The notes: generated by a model not told the origin, from the sequence alone. A stretch of 54,431 nucleotides of DNA, filler included, from Sluysia triapertura (GCA_046118255.1; 3 parts of 3 records of this genome joined end to end with filler, not necessarily neighbours in it); one strand, 5' to 3'; positions 23,460-39,150 are shown, counted from the first letter of the whole stretch. Numbers and translations: made by a program.

Positions 23460-26400
23460 TATTTATTTGCTTTTGCTTTACTTTTCTATATCTCCAAATT
23501 CTTGAATTAATTTTAAAATTAATCATAATTTTAGATGATTAAAACACAAAGTTGTTAATTTTAATTCATTTTTTATTAATTACATTTTTATAAAAATATT
23601 TTTTAATAAATTTTATTTGAAATACAAAATTATTAAATGTTATATAAATTTAATTTATATACTTAAAACCATAACACGTCTTCATAGTTTGTAACTCGTT
23701 TGTATGATGTGTTCATGACATGCCTAAGCATAGTTAATTTGAGAATCCAAATTCCACCAATAATAGTGATGCGGTCACAAATTAAACGCACACTAAACAA
23801 TATCGGGATTTGTATTATGTTGCGGACAAACCATAAGCATTAAAATTATTGTGTAATAAAAGCACCATGCAAATAGTAGTTTTAGTAATTTAATTATGCA
23901 AAATGTGCTACTTATCTAATTTCGATAAATGATAACTTGGCACCTGAGATTTAATATTTACATGTAAGTTTAAAATTAATGTTAGTTTATTCAATTTTCA
24001 ATTAAAAAAATCCACAATTAAAAACGGAATAATAATATATTACCTTGATGTTGAATCTAGTATAATTGATTCTTAATTTCTAATTTAGAGATGCATTTAT
24101 AATAATTTTATACTTTATTACTTTTATCTAATTATAAATATGTGAATTGCAGAAAATGGTATTCTTTCAAGTTACCATTTCATTAACTTTATTATTAATA
24201 AAATCAACCTTTCAATTTCATTATTTGTATAGCTGAAGAAAAAAATATACTGAAAGCAATATTTATATTTAGTGTGGAAGCATCTAAGTAAAAAAGTAAC
24301 TATTGTATATGTTTAAACTATTGTCGAATGTAAAGTTTGTCATATAATCAGATGACATTCCATGATGAGTTTTGCAAAATATTAAGGAAATGTTTTAATT
24401 GTAAGTTACAAATGATGAGACTGGTGTTGTTTATTTTTTTATGAAAATTTATGTTCGCAGGTCAATGCTTAAATAACCAATAGATACAGATATCCCTGGT
24501 GCCATACTGATGTGTTAACTACATAGAAAATAAATAATGAAAAAATAAAGTAAATATATTTGTTTAACTCTTAGTACTGAGAAGATTTATTTAAGTAATT
24601 TTTATAATCAATATACTGTTATAAACAAGATTTGAATAACCCAAATGCACTATTAAAAATTCAGTACATTGATGAACTAATGGGTTAAAGTAACATTTTA
24701 AATCAAGAAGTTTTAGAAACGACTTAAATATACACCTTATAGCAATACTAATTAAAGCAATATATTCAATGAGTTTTACTTATAGATTAATTTTTTAAAG
24801 GCTCAAAAACATTAATTGAATGGTAAATTAGGTATATTATTAATTAATTTAAATTTTAAAAAGGATTTTTACTAAATTTTGAGATAAACTTGGCCAATAA
24901 AATTTTTTTTTAATGATGAAAATGTTTAACTTTTTGTGGCCTACTGATGATAACAAATGAGTTTGAAAATTCACCAAAGATTATAAATATAGGAGTGGAA
25001 TTTAAAAGAAATTTAGAAAGAGCTTTTATACGTACGTTAATTGAATATGTCTAGCGGTACTAGATATTGGATTGCGAAGGGTTAAAGATTAAAAAGGTTA
25101 ACTTGAATTATTTAATAATAAAAGATACATGGAATTCCAAATATAATTAAGAACAAAATTATTATGTTTTTGTCAAATTAATTATTTATTTACTAAATAA
25201 GACAACACTCAATATTTCACATGTGCATCTTATAATTGATGGTTTTTATAATACACAAAATTGAAAATTAGCATAGAAATTAGTTTTAACGTTTTAAATA
25301 TTTTTTAATTGGTAATTATTTATTGAATTGATATTTAATTATTTTGTTTGAAGATACTATTAATAATTATTCTATCAAATCTTGAATAATAACTATTTTC
25401 CTTATTTCATTATAACCTATTTTCATTATTTTTTATAATAGATGTGTTACATGTATGATAATTTTTATAATTATTGTGCAATAAATTGCCAAATTGCTAC
25501 TTAAATACCATTTATCAATTATGTATAATTAATTAATCGTGTAATATTGTTTCCTACACTTAAAGAACTGCTACCACTATAATTTTCATTAATTTTTGTA
25601 TTTAGTTTCACTCTGAAATCATTATCTAAACTTAAGTTTTTGACGGTATACATTATATGAATAAAGTAAGATTTATGGAAAACTGTAAAATACAGATAAA
25701 CAGAGTGATTTAAGTGTTTCTTACATTTTCTTAACAAATTATTGTCATGAATTGTAATAACAATTATAAATAGGTATTTGTGTGGTATAAATGTAACTTA
25801 AGCACGAAGAATGTTTTGAAAAAGGAATTATGAACCTGTTAAACAAGTTGAGATTTACTGTTGCGGTTGAATTATCACACGACGCATTTTACACGATTTT
25901 CAATTTTATTGACTAGTAAAATGAACACAGTTTTTCAGAATTATTTTGTAAGTTTCAGGAAGAATGCATCATCATTTACGTTTTAAATTGGAGCAAAAGT
26001 TACAACGAAAGTATAATTTCTTTCCGTATTATCTATTTTTGTACATTTGTGTGCTTTATTTTAAGTATGTGGGTGAACTATTTTCTTTTCTTGTTAATGT
26101 TTCACTGAATTTTAATCTTCATAATAAGTAATAACTTATGTTTCATATTTGTATTTTGATAAATTATATTATTTTGGTTTTTTTTTGACTTTTTGATGTT
26201 TATTTCTTAATATTCGAACGAGGAAAGTATGAACTGTATTTTGAATTTTATTTCTTTAATTGGATGTTTATGACATGATCTAATAGCTTTTGCGTCATAA
26301 CTATTATTATAGAACTTTATTTTATTATTTTATTTATAGACCAGCGTAAATTATATTTTGTGTAAATGGAGAAGCTCTACTTAGAAGCGAATTAAGACTT

Positions 26401-29400
26401 TATTGGCGGATGGCGTTGCTTTTAATATTTTTTTGCACATTTAGCTTGAATAATTTAAAGTTTTTCTATGCTTATTTATGCAGAGAAGTTTTATTAATTT
26501 GTTTCAGATTCATTTTGTTATTTCATAAAGTATATATGAAAATAATTTTGTGCAATTTTAAACCAAATAAACGGTTAAATTAGTATAAAATAAAAAATAA
26601 ATAAAAAGATTCTGAATTTATTGGTAATTTCTTGTTCGGTACTCAATATAATTCAATTTGGTGTCGGAATCATTAGAATTTGATGTTCATTCGTTTGTGT
26701 CATCAGTCACTAAATGTTTATTTAGAAAATTACAAAAGTTGGAAAACAAATGTGAAATTAGTTTAATTTAATTTAATTTCATTAATCAATATGTAATTGA
26801 AAAATTCTTCGAAAAACTACTGGCTCGTTTTAATTTTGACGTTTAATTCAAAATATTAAGTTTTTGAACCAGGCCTGCATAAAGTAATTAAAAAAAATTT
26901 TTTACTCATTAATTCTATAATATGAAACGAAAATTAATTTCAAGTGCGAGTTATACAAGCATTTCAAATTTAGTGGTTGATTACCTAGGCGAATTAACAA
27001 CAAATTTTTAAAGGTTTTTTGACGTTTATTCAGTATTATAAAATATAGTTAGTGGAAAATTGTTCTATTTTAAATTTTTAATTAAAATACATATTTTCTC
27101 CGCATCATTTTGAAAGTTAACCGCTTCAAAGTTTTAAATTCTTTGAAATTCCACGTTAAATGTTTAATTTTATTTTGTATTATTTTTTAAATCTGCCAAT
27201 TATATAAAGAAAATTCGTAATCAAATGTATATATTTCAGACCAGCTGCATTTTATCGGCAAATGTACAGTTTAGTGACTGATAAATATCCTGTTTTACTC
27301 AAAGATGATGTATCTACTAATTGATATTAGATTTATTAATACTGATATATTTTGCAGTTATTATTATTATTAGATTATATTTTATGTAATGTGTATGTTT
27401 GAAAAGTTAAATATTAGGTTTTCCTATTACTATATATACACCAATAATATGACAATGACAGCTGTAACGTATAACGAGAAATATGTTTATAGAAGTCACT
27501 GTCCGTGAACATGTTAATAAGATTCAAGTAAAGAAAATTATCAATACTTTGTTTACTCGATATAAAAATAGTTTACACAGATTAGGATAAGGTTATTGAT
27601 AAAATGATTTTGACAAATATTATTTTATAAAAATGCAATAAGGATAATTATTAATTAACTATTAATTTTATATAAAAAAAACTACTCCTTATAATTTTGT
27701 TTAGAAATTTTTATTAATTCAAATGTTATCTAATAATAAAAATAATCAAAATTAATTATAAACCTTCCAAAATTAATTATCAATTGTAATAACTTGATAC
27801 TTTTAATAAGCTGTAATCTTCAATAAACTGTGGTGTCTATTTATACTTTTCTTTTTTATAGCTTAGAGAGTCTATTATTTTATTATTATATCCAAATTAT
27901 GACTCCAGTTACATTGTTATTACTTTTTATGGTCAATTTAATTATTCTATAATAACGCAATAATTTTCTGTGGCTTTTCTCTATATTTTAATTATTAACG
28001 ATAAAATAATTATTGTTTTCAAACAATGGTAGAATTAGTTATTTATAATGGATAAGTTATTTTTTTGCTAACAATTATTTCCCTCAAGCGTTTATTAACT
28101 ATTTGCAATGAACAGTGATTATTTCTTCATTTTTACTAAGTATATACAATAAACAATGATTACATTTATTTACCATAATTATTTGTAATATCTGTAAATA
28201 ATAAATTTTATACTTTTACTGCAGTACTTAATAAATAACATTTGGCTTCATTTTGTTGGGATTAGTAAAGGATAAAAGCAGGACTCAGAATAAGAGAATA
28301 AGGTGAACGTTATTAGAGAATTCAGATAAGGCATTGTGATGAACTACAATGGTAGAATACTTGAATCAAAACAAAGGAATGGGAAATTTGAAGGAATAAC
28401 AATTTACAAGGTTTTATTTGTTAAAATATTAAAATACATTTGTTAATTAACTTAAGTAAAATTTGTTTAATCGGATAACTCAAAATGTTTGCTCATGATA
28501 TAACGATATTAGATTTAGTACATAATTATGAATTGTATTAGTATTTTTAATGATGAAATAATGTGAAGCACGTCGACTTATATAACGTAAAAATTATTTA
28601 TTTTAATTAATTTTTATAATTTAAAAATAAAGTTAAGTATGTTCCGATGTCTAAGTATTATAAAGATACTAATTCAGATTTTTCCATTGAACTTGACGTG
28701 CAACTTATTATGCAAAAGATTGCTATGAGAAATAAATTAATCATTTCATTAATTTTATCTTTAAATTAAATTGACAAATTAAGTAACAGTATAATAATGA
28801 TTTTAAATTTTAATTACATGATATTCAAGGATAAGGAGATTGTTTACCACAAATCCAATTAACTTTAGATAATTAAAATGATAATGAAGTTGAACTTAGA
28901 GGGAAATTGCTGTCGAAATTTAATCAGTAAAATTGGACGGCTTATTATCGACTAAAAGAGAATAGACAAATTTAATTTCCGTCTTGTTCAATTTCTATTA
29001 TTTACTTTCCCTAATTATCATAAAACTGCTATATGAGCAGTTGAACTTTTGCAAAACGATAAAGACAAGAGTTAGAGAAACAGAAGAAAACTTTCTAGCT
29101 AAAGGGACGCTACTTTATTTCATTAGTGGATAATGGTAAATCATTAATTTTGTAACACATTTAAAAATCAAAACTTAATCTTTATCTTAAAAATGATCAA
29201 TTCTGTAAAACAATTAATGATCCATGTGAAGTAATAGAAGCAGTGTGCCTGTAATTAAGGAAATTAAATTAAGTGACTAGAAATTCAAGTAAATAATGAT
29301 TGTCACTTCATTAAAATTGCATTAGATTTAGCTGAAATATTAAGATTTCTTAACAATACATTTACTTCAGGTGAAACATTTATTAGTTCTGTTGGTTGTC

Positions 29401-32400
29401 GTGACAATCATTTAAAATCTTAAAATATACAAAAATAAAGTTAATTTTCAGAAAACGAAAATTTCTAGAAAATTATAGAATTTCCATTGATTTTGAATGT
29501 CTGATCACTAGTACATATATTAGCATTAGAAACATTGAAAAATTTCAATTTATAAAATCGTTGATATCACAAGCTAATATCATACTTTATTTTATCAATC
29601 ACAATTGGATTAAGCAAAATTTGGACATCCGCCATATTGATTGTGTTAGTAAGTTTTTTTGTTAGGGTGTTTTGTCTAGTACCAAATACTAAAATACCTG
29701 TAAAATCTTTTTTATTAATATTAAGCCAGATTTATAGAAAAAATTATTTATTAAATTCCATTTGTATTTAATAATGTTTTAATTTTAAACTAATGCATTT
29801 TGTTATTTTTATTTTTTAGTGAACTTTTTATTATTATTGCCATTGTAGTAATTTTTTGATTATTTAATTCAACTCCTTAATTTAATAACACTTAATAAAC
29901 GAATTTTCTTGATTGCATTCGTGACTTAATTGGATAAATTGTGAATAATCCATGAAATTTATATTATTTAACACAGATACTTTAGTATTACATATATTAA
30001 ATATACCGAACACTTCGGCATAAGATTAGACCCTCTAAAAATACATATCTCGTCGCTGCATAAATTAAAAGAATTTCAGAATCTTTAGTAATTAAGATAA
30101 ATTTTTATTGAATATTGTTAATTTTAGATAAAGTACGCTCACTTTACGTCATAAGTCGTACACTGTAACCGGACCATGTTCAAAATTATTTTACCGTAAG
30201 TTAAGAGTTAAGAAAACCATAAAAGTTCAAATGAACCATTATGAAATAGTAATACAAACATTTTAATACACATTTATTCAAGTTTAAAATAATCGATTTA
30301 TTTTGGTGATTCATAAATACTAAAAGTATTAAAATTAGTGAGGGAGTTACTGTTATAAAAAATCATCTTGTAGCATCACCATCATCTATAATCCTTATAT
30401 AAATTAACATTCGTTTTGATTTCGATCAACTTCTGAATTTTGCATGCGGAAGTAAAACAGGTTTAACTATTTTTAATTAATAAAAATGAACCCTGAGTCT
30501 ATTGCGGTTATTGGAGATGTAGAATTTAGACTACACGATCGAAACTGATTAATTAGATAAATTATTATTTGTTGAATTGAGTACACTTTTACCTGATAAA
30601 GGATAGATTATTTAACATTAAAATTTAACATTATTCAAATAGTCATTGTGTATGTAATGCAACATTAAAAATATTCCAAGTTATATTATGATTCATATGT
30701 AACATTAAATGCACTTGGATACGATTTACGTAAAATAAAATAAATTTACGCAGAATAAAATGGATTAAAAAGTTGAACAAATTTGTACTGAGTTTCATTA
30801 TCTTTAGTTTCTTTCAGTTATTCAAAATATTTGATTTCAAATGTAAATATTTGCGTGAAATTATAAAGAAATAAAGCAAACGTTCCAACTGTATCTGACA
30901 TAAGTACTGGCGATTGTAATGTTGTTTTGATAGATGCGAAAGTAAATGTATGACGAGTTAAAGTTGAACCACCAGTCTTAGTTGAACATCAAAATCATAC
31001 GCAATGTATCTTATTCGTAAAAACAAACAATGTATTGCATACCAAAAAATAACTTGAATTACATAAAATCAACTTTTTGGTGATTCATAATTATCAAAAT
31101 TTGCTTCGGTTACATTTCAAAATAGGCTTCAAGTTTTGTACATTGTAGTGTCGAATCTATTAATCTAAATTTCTTCGGACGGTCATAGAATTCCTAAACT
31201 TTACTACAAGATTGGGTATTTATTATTTTACGTTGGTTTTCAGATTAGTGATGTTGACGCGACACCAGACTCGCTTTTTTGATTAACTAACCATTAAAAT
31301 TAACATTGATCAGTAGTAAATTAATATTTATTATTTAACCCAGGAATATTCAGATAAACCACAAATCAATCAAAACCCATTTCATAAACGCCAAATACAA
31401 ATTTAAGATAATAAGTGTTTCTAAATCCTTATTTCTTATTTCTTTACTTTGTATAACTGATAATTTCGTAAGTTATTTTGAGATGATTGAGCAGCATTCA
31501 GGGTTATAATCTTGAATAATTGAATCATCATTCTGACTGTATTTTTTCAAAAATAAATCAAAGGCAGCGTCATTGCTTAATATTTCATCAAAATTTAATT
31601 CTTTTTCTTTTCAATAATTAAATCGAAAATTGATTCTTATAATAACATGCATATGCTGATTAGTTCTTTATGTCTAACCGCCTTATGCGTCATCTGTTTA
31701 TCTTATTCTGTAGAATTAAGGTATTGTTTTGCGATGAATCACTTCAAGTACAGCAAAAATCTGGAAAATGAAGTAAAGATTTGTAGGCAATATATCAAAA
31801 CAGTTATAATACAATATGCGAGTAGGAAGGTAAAAAAAATAACACGATGGTAATGTGTCATGTAATTATAATTACATGTAATCAGTTGGATATTATAGAA
31901 CTGATTTCTACTAATTTTAGTGAATAAAAAAAGAGGTTTCGTGGGTGTTTGTGGTATTTATGATATAATGAGTGATAGATGGCTGGACCTCGACATGAAG
32001 TCATTTTCCTTATTTGGTATTAAATTCTAGAAGTCATTCGTATTATTTGGTATGGAAGTCATTGCATTGTTTAGTAAAAATGTCCTTGGTATTAATTTCC
32101 ACACCTAATGTTGTCAGAATTCGATTTACGTTTTACAAAAAGGAAGACATTCATACTTTTACAGGGTACCACACGTGGCTTTATATTATTCAGTAAGGTT
32201 TTATTCATTTTTATTTAATAACGCTCAAATGTTATATAAATATCTTGGCCCTATAATTCACAAATTTGAAGCAAATATAAAATAAGAAAATTTGTCGTTA
32301 CTTCAAAAGCAAATTTGCTAGTGGATTACTTTAAGCATGATATTATTTATATAATATCATGATATATATAAACATGATCTACTATTTTTTTGTAGAATTC

Positions 32401-32640
32401 TGCGTTAAGAAAACTTAGTTTAATTTAGAGTTTCATTACTTTTGCAGAGGGTTTGAAAAATAAGATTTAAAGATAATAAATTATAAAATTTTTACTAGTA
32501 TTTCCATCTTTAACAACAGAGACGAACTAAACCACCAAAATAAATGTATACTAATTCATTTAGAGATATGAGAAAGAGTTTTTCAACTAATATAAAGAAT
32601 TCATAAAAAATATAAATAAATTTACAAAATTAGAGTGTTG

Positions 32641-32766
32641 CGATACTGGCATAAAGTGCCAATTAGTATAATAATCTAAAATTGTTAGTCGGGGCTGATA
32701 GCTCAATGGTAGAGCATCGAACTTCGCAGCGAGAGAGCCAGGCTTCGATTTTATGAAGTCTAACAA
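32641..32766 (+). repeat. tRNA-like repeat copy with conserved 5' flank
   Basis: ...AAAGTGCCAATTAGTATAATAATCTAAAATTGTTAGTC-GGGGCTGATAGCTCAATGGTAGAGCATCGAACTTCGCAGCGAGAGAGCCAGGCTTCGATT-TTATGAAGTCTAACA. A-box intact, 3' acceptor strand deleted, so not a functional tRNA. Confidence 0.75.
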
Positions 32767-33367
32767 GAGTTAAATAAAATTTACATTAAGGTATATTTAT
32801 ATTATGCTGATAATTAATTATCTGACATAAAAGTACGACGATTCTGATAAAAATATTTTGCTGGCTTAAATTCTAAATAGTATAAGCAGTAAACTAATTC
32901 GATCAAATTTGAAAAAATACGTGACAACCCACAAAGCATATTCGTTCAATTATTTCGGTAATTCTTAATAAAATAGGCGTTAGTTATTGCTGAATTAAAA
33001 AAACGACTTAAAATATACTAAAAATCGTATTAAATATTTTTCAACCGCTATTTTAAATAGGTAGATAAAATCAACTTATATCTAGAGAAGTACGTCTTTA
33101 AATGATATTATATTTTCTATTGAGCATTTTTATTACTTTTTTTGGGTATAGTATAATTTTTGATAAAAATATCAGTTCAATTTATTTTTAAAATAAATTA
33201 ATTTACGACTTAATTTATACATTAATATCCAAAAATCTCGGCGCTGTTCTGTAATTCACATTTTAAATAGTGGAATAAAGTCATTTGATATTATTCACTA
33301 TTAATATAAGTTTAACATAACTACACCATTATAAATATGTAAAGATAAAGTATAAGTGTAAATACTT

Positions 33368-33500
33368 GGAATACATTGTTCGAGATACATTGATACGTTG
33401 TTCCAGATATATTCGAAACTTGGTAATTCAATTCGAGATATATTGCTTGAGATGCATTGACACATTGTTCGAGACACAGTGGTAATTTGAAATGCAATAC
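33368..33500. repeat. degenerate minisatellite (TTCGAGATACATTG-like units)
   Basis: Recurrent ttcgagatacattg / ttccagatatatt / ttcgagatatattg / ttgagatgcattg / ttcgagacac. Confidence 0.55.
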
Positions 33501-35463
33501 AGTTAGTGATTCAATTAGTGAAATAGTTCTTGTGGGCAATTTCAAGCGACTTAATTTTTAAATACTGACTCAATTTTTTTTATTAAAGAAAACATTTTGT
33601 AAGTTGATTTGCATAAGATTTCATCTTGTTTCCTTAAATATAATTTAAACATTTAAAATATATAAAAATTTAATCTCTAATTTTGTCAGAAATTATTTTG
33701 ACTGCTAAATTCATATTAATAGCATTAGAAATTGTCCATTTCTAATAATAATTATATACATATATTTATTTTATATTTATAATATTATTCTAATTCAGCA
33801 ATTGTGCCGTTATCGTTTTTATTATTCATTGTTGTAATAATATACCTTTTCGACTCAAGTCTCCTTAGCATTTGTTGAATTTAGTAAAGGTTTATGTAAT
33901 TAAACAATGAATATAAAGATAAGCATAAAGAATTAGAATAAACTCATAGAGTAAAAAATTAGTTAGATTTTGATAATTGAAAGAAAGGGAATTTAATTTA
34001 ACTTAAATTAAAATAAAGTCAATAATTAGAGTTTAGTTGTTTAATAGAAAAATATGATAAAAGTTATGATAAGTTGTAATAAAAGTTATAATAACCCTTT
34101 AAGAGAATACAATATTGTATTCACTATACTATACAAAGATTATAAACCCAAGATTCATAAGGAGTAAAGTTTAGATAATCATAAACTCAAGTTAGAATCG
34201 AGAAATTAATAATCTTACTGGAAAAAGAATCAGAGTTAAATTCTATAGATATTGTAGATAAAACTCAAGCAAGTGACTATATAAATACGATTTTGTTTGC
34301 ATAAAATAAGTGCAGAGATAAGACTTCCTAAGCAGTTGGACCTCATTTAAAATAAATAAAAATCCCGCGGAAACGTCTCGTTAAGCATAAAACGTTAATC
34401 GTATGCAAACCTAGTAATTAAGATTTAATTTATTAGTAGTTAAATATTTACTATTTACTAGTAAATATTTATCTACTAAGAATACAGTCTCACCTCCACA
34501 ATGTTACAAAAAATATTTATAGATCTTTTAGATAAGCCATTTACTGTAAATTATGAATCACAGTCAAATTCCATTTAGTTTCTCTTCATAGGTGATAAGC
34601 AAATTTCTTAAACAACTGTGCCTCGTCAATAAAGTAAATAGTTTGATTTATTTAATTTATTTATTCACCTCTAAGCCATTGTAATTCAGCAGTATAATCC
34701 GAATAGGTTTTTAACTAATTGCTTTGTTTAAACTTAACAATTACCCACAGAATTTTCCATTATCTTTAGACTAAAATAAGCTTCAAGTCACTTATTTATA
34801 TTTTGTTGAACATTACCAAATTATTTTAAGTACATCTGAAGAGATATCAGAAAACATTGAATATCAAGCAACTAGTGTAACTATTCTTTGAAAAATAATT
34901 AAACTTCTTGCCTGAAGTATTTTTTGAATTATTATTTTGTTGAAAAGAATGTGTTGAAAATGTTAGTAGGTACGTTTATAGAAAGACTAGATATGGTGTG
35001 CAAGGTAATTCAACATTACTGCTGCAACGTTAAACTGACATTTAAAATACAAATACCACAATAACAAAAAATTACTCAACATTAACATGAATTGTAATAT
35101 AATATTATTCGATATATTTTCAAAAACGGGTCCATCGTGCCATCAAATTTTAATTAAATAATTGTAAAATAAAAGTACAAAACATGTATTTATGGAAAAA
35201 CTGAATTAGTCATATATAAGGACTAATTGAACCTATCACAAAGAGTACTTAATATAAATAAAAAAGTGCAATTTTTTAAATACAATTTGAGTATATTGTA
35301 AAATACAGTTCATATTTAATGCATAACAAAAATAGCAAACTTACACATTTATTAGAAAATATCACAAATAGAAATAAATAATTCTAATAAATTGAACTTA
35401 AAAATATTAATGATTCTGATAATAAAACCGAATTTTCGATTATACATAATTTTTATGTGAATA

Positions 35464-35777
35464 TTATTTTTTGTCCGGAAGACATTCTTTCAAAGGGTGC
35501 GATGAATATGTAATTGGTGAAAATAAAAACGTATTAACTTCAAATTTCAAGTTATTACTAATATCATTATCATCGCTATTAGTATTCTTAAAATTGCTGT
35601 TCAAACTACAATGCATACTTAATTTCTGCATCACATAAAATGCCATCCGCTCACTAATTAAAAGATCTTCTCTAGAATTTCCAATATTTACTAAATATTC
35701 AGAAATCCGTTTACGATCTTTTCTCAATAACAAACTGCACCACATGTAAGTCAATTCTACGTAATTTGAAATCAATC
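35464..35777 (-). CDS. candidate terminal exon of an unidentified gene
   Basis: Strong acceptor atttcag| followed by a 104-codon open frame ending in TAA, with protein-like composition (ELTYMWCSLLLRKDRKRISEYL...FSPITYSSHPLKECLP). No family recognised and no upstream exon identified. Confidence 0.4.
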
Positions 35778-36207
35778 TGAAATATAATTATATTAAACTA
35801 TTTTCATTCCATCAAATAAAAAATCAAAGATTAAGTCTAAAGGTCAACTATAGTTATAGTTAATTAAAATAATCTAATATGTATTTGTTTTAATAGTATA
35901 CTTAATATAAAACGATCCACAGTAAAAAATTAAAAATTTTCAATCAATTAAATAATATTATAAAATAAGCTAAAACTAATGCATAATTATTAAATTTAGT
36001 CATAATCACTTCATTTTAACGCAATAATTATATAAATATATAAAATTATGTAAAATATTTAAATGTATATGTAACATTACTTAAAGTAATATGATTTAAT
36101 TAATTTAGTTGACAGAAAATATTTTATTCATTAATTAATATTGTAAAATAGTAAGTATTAGTATTTTAAATTATCATAATTATTATACAGTAATAAATTT
36201 GCTGGAA

Positions 36208-36330
36208 GATTATGAAATATTTAAGAAAAAAGCAAATTTCTTTCTGTTTCAGAAATATTATGATGAATGATTTACCTTAAGCGCTTTTGAGTACTTTCGC
36301 AGTGGATATGAGCGCAATATAAATTAATAT
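36208..36330 (+). mobile_element. 3' end of the same L2-like LINE family as 49745-50700
   Basis: TTTACCTTAAGCGCTTTTGAGTACTT...GATATGAGCGCAATATAAATTAATAT is the reverse complement of about 49744-49867. Confidence 0.7.
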
Positions 36331-39150
36331 GTTATATTATTATTATTATTATAAATATAAATCTAGTGTACAAACATTTATTTTTAGAATGATTATTAAT
36401 ATGTGCGTGGTAGTTCAGATATAAATATACGTGCAAGTTTATCAAAAAATTGACAGAACAAACATTTATTTTAAAAGTTTGAATTTATATTAAAAGTCTT
36501 CGTTATAATTTGATAATTTGTTTTGCCTATCAATTAATTGAAAAAAGGATACAAATTTCGCAGATAAATTATTTTAAAAAATATAATTTTTGGTGACGTT
36601 AGTTAATAATTTATTTATAAATATATTATTTTAAAATATTTTATAAATTATCAGCTTTTTAGGTAAAGTTTATTACTGATTTAAATTTTTATTGTGAAAT
36701 TATTTTTATTATTAATTAATAATAATTATTAATCAACTATTTAATCACTATTATTGTTTGTTGAATCATTTAAAATTGTAGAATTGTTATGATTTTATAA
36801 TTAAAGAATTAGTTGAAATCGTTTTTTTCTTTTAATTACGCTGTACATTGTTATTCAAATAATATAAATTAATAAATTGATTAATTTTATTATTAAAAAA
36901 CAAAGTAAAGTTAAAAAGAGACATTACCAGAATTATATTAAAATTCGAAAGTATAAAATAAATATAGAAATCTTGTATAAAAAAATAAAAGTATTGCATT
37001 CTAACTCCCACATTTAAAGATTAAAAAGTAAAATACTAAATTAGTTTTGACTACGATTTGATTTAAAGACTCTTATTTCAATATATTTAAGTAACATTAC
37101 ACTCAAGATTATATATTATTTCTTACCTCCATAACTTGCATTTTCTTTAAAAAAGGCTGACATCTGTGCATCGGCCCTTAAGCGTGTAAGCCGGGTATCA
37201 TAGAGGACTCACTAATACTTATACATAAATCAAATTATATTATTGTTTTTTGAATCAATATCGGTTATTTGGGATAACCATTAGTCCAAGATTAAAGCCT
37301 CGTGTTCCGTATTAATATGTCCCAAATTAGATAATTTACCATATGTGAATATTATAATTATTAAATAAATTGTAAAAAAATATTACATAAAATGAATACT
37401 TTTTTTAATAAATTTGTGTTTTAATAAAAATTTCCACACGCACATATTTTCATGTGATTCGCACCCAATAGAAATTCTCTATCCCGCATATTACGATAAA
37501 AATGGTCATCCTATGATAATGAGTTCTCAACAACTATTAATTTAATTATCGTCCAAAATACGATTATGTATCAATACAAATTTTTAATCCGCGTTGAAAA
37601 ATTAAATTAGAAATAATAAATTCAAGTCTAAACATTTGTTTTCACAATTCTAGTTTGTTACAGAAAAGCTCTTTCATTGCTAATCACAATCTGTACTATT
37701 TTATATAATATCGATTTAGGCTTTTCACTACTCATTTGTCAAGCGATTTGACAAAAAATGCCCAATATAGTTCATTTTTCTTTATTTATAGTTCTAAGCG
37801 ACAACTGGATTATACGTTTATGCAAACAAAAAATTTAACAAATTGAGCTGAAAGGAAATTCATTTTTAAAAACATGACATAATATTTTCACAATTTATTT
37901 TTAGTTCTTAATAAAACTTTGCTTCAGGTGGTTCATTATTCGAGCAGCTTTTTTAAATTTTTTGACAATTTATATTCGTCTCCTTATTGCTTCTTATTTG
38001 TTTAATCAATAAATAATATATAAGGTAATATTTTCATAAATTTCGGTGCTTGCAATATTCATTATCAGTTTTTATTCTAAGTAGAAAAAACTGATGTTTT
38101 TTAAACATCTGTAAAAGTTTCTTTTATCATATCTGTATATAAATCAAAATTTGGATGTATATTTGAATTGAAAACTGAACATCGAAATAGCATATTTTAA
38201 GCAAATTTTTTCGGTTTGTAAAATAATGTAAAATGACGTAGAAGTTAATGTGTTAATGATTCGTGATCAAAATTGTAATTCATTTTCATAAATTACATTA
38301 ATCTATTTATTTTTAAAAGTACGTTCTTTTTTTTACAAAAACTACATATTTTTCTATTCTTATTTATCAGCTAAAATATTAAAAATTGAAATTTTCCCTC
38401 TAAAAATTATAATTTAAGCCATCTCTAATATTGAATTATATTTGTATTTAATATGGCATTGATATTACTTTTGATGCTCGTTTATTTTATTAAAACTTTA
38501 ACATATACTGCAAATTTTATTTTAAATTAAAAAAAAGTTCTCATTTTAACGCTATTTAAGGATCCTAAAATCGTCATAAATTACACTCTACAGCCTTTAA
38601 GTTTTAAAAGTACTATTTTGCATTTGGTAACTTAATCTGTGCCTTTGGCAAAAGAGCTTCACAAAAAGAACTATATTAATAAAATTACATAGAAAAATTG
38701 AATTATTGAAATACATTTAAGACATCTCAACTCTTCATAAATTGAAACAGTCGACAGTAATGCTAATTTACAGTACCAAATTTAATTTTGAATAGAAACG
38801 AACACTACCATTACAAAAATATTAATGAAAACTGTTACATCTGACGCTGTTACTTTATTATTATGTAGACGTTAGAAACAGCGCATAAGTTGTTGTTTAT
38901 GCTATTTATAATAAAATGCGAGTGATGCATATTTGCGTCAATATGAATTGCATGGTTAATGTTTGAATCAGCCACAAATTAAAATACAACACTAACTTAC
39001 ATATCAATCAACAAATTCAAAAAATCAGGATCGTAATCTGTAGCTTTGAAAGATTCCAAAAATTGCGATATATAACCTTTCTAGAAATTATTATTATTAT
39101 AAATATTATAAGTATTATAAGTACTATTATTATTATTATTATTATTATTA

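Noticed and set aside
22739-23526. Overlapping ORFs 22739-22930 (+) and 23278-23526 (-); also 41716-41964 and 43810-43998 (+)
   Set aside because: Shadow or alternative frames of real coding exons.
32691-32750. Functional tRNA gene
   Set aside because: The 3' acceptor strand is deleted and the anticodon and T arms do not pair; it is a copy of the dispersed repeat.
33895-34508. Possible solo LTR (TGTAA...TTACA, TATA-like and AATAAA motifs)
   Set aside because: No target-site duplication and no second copy in the window.
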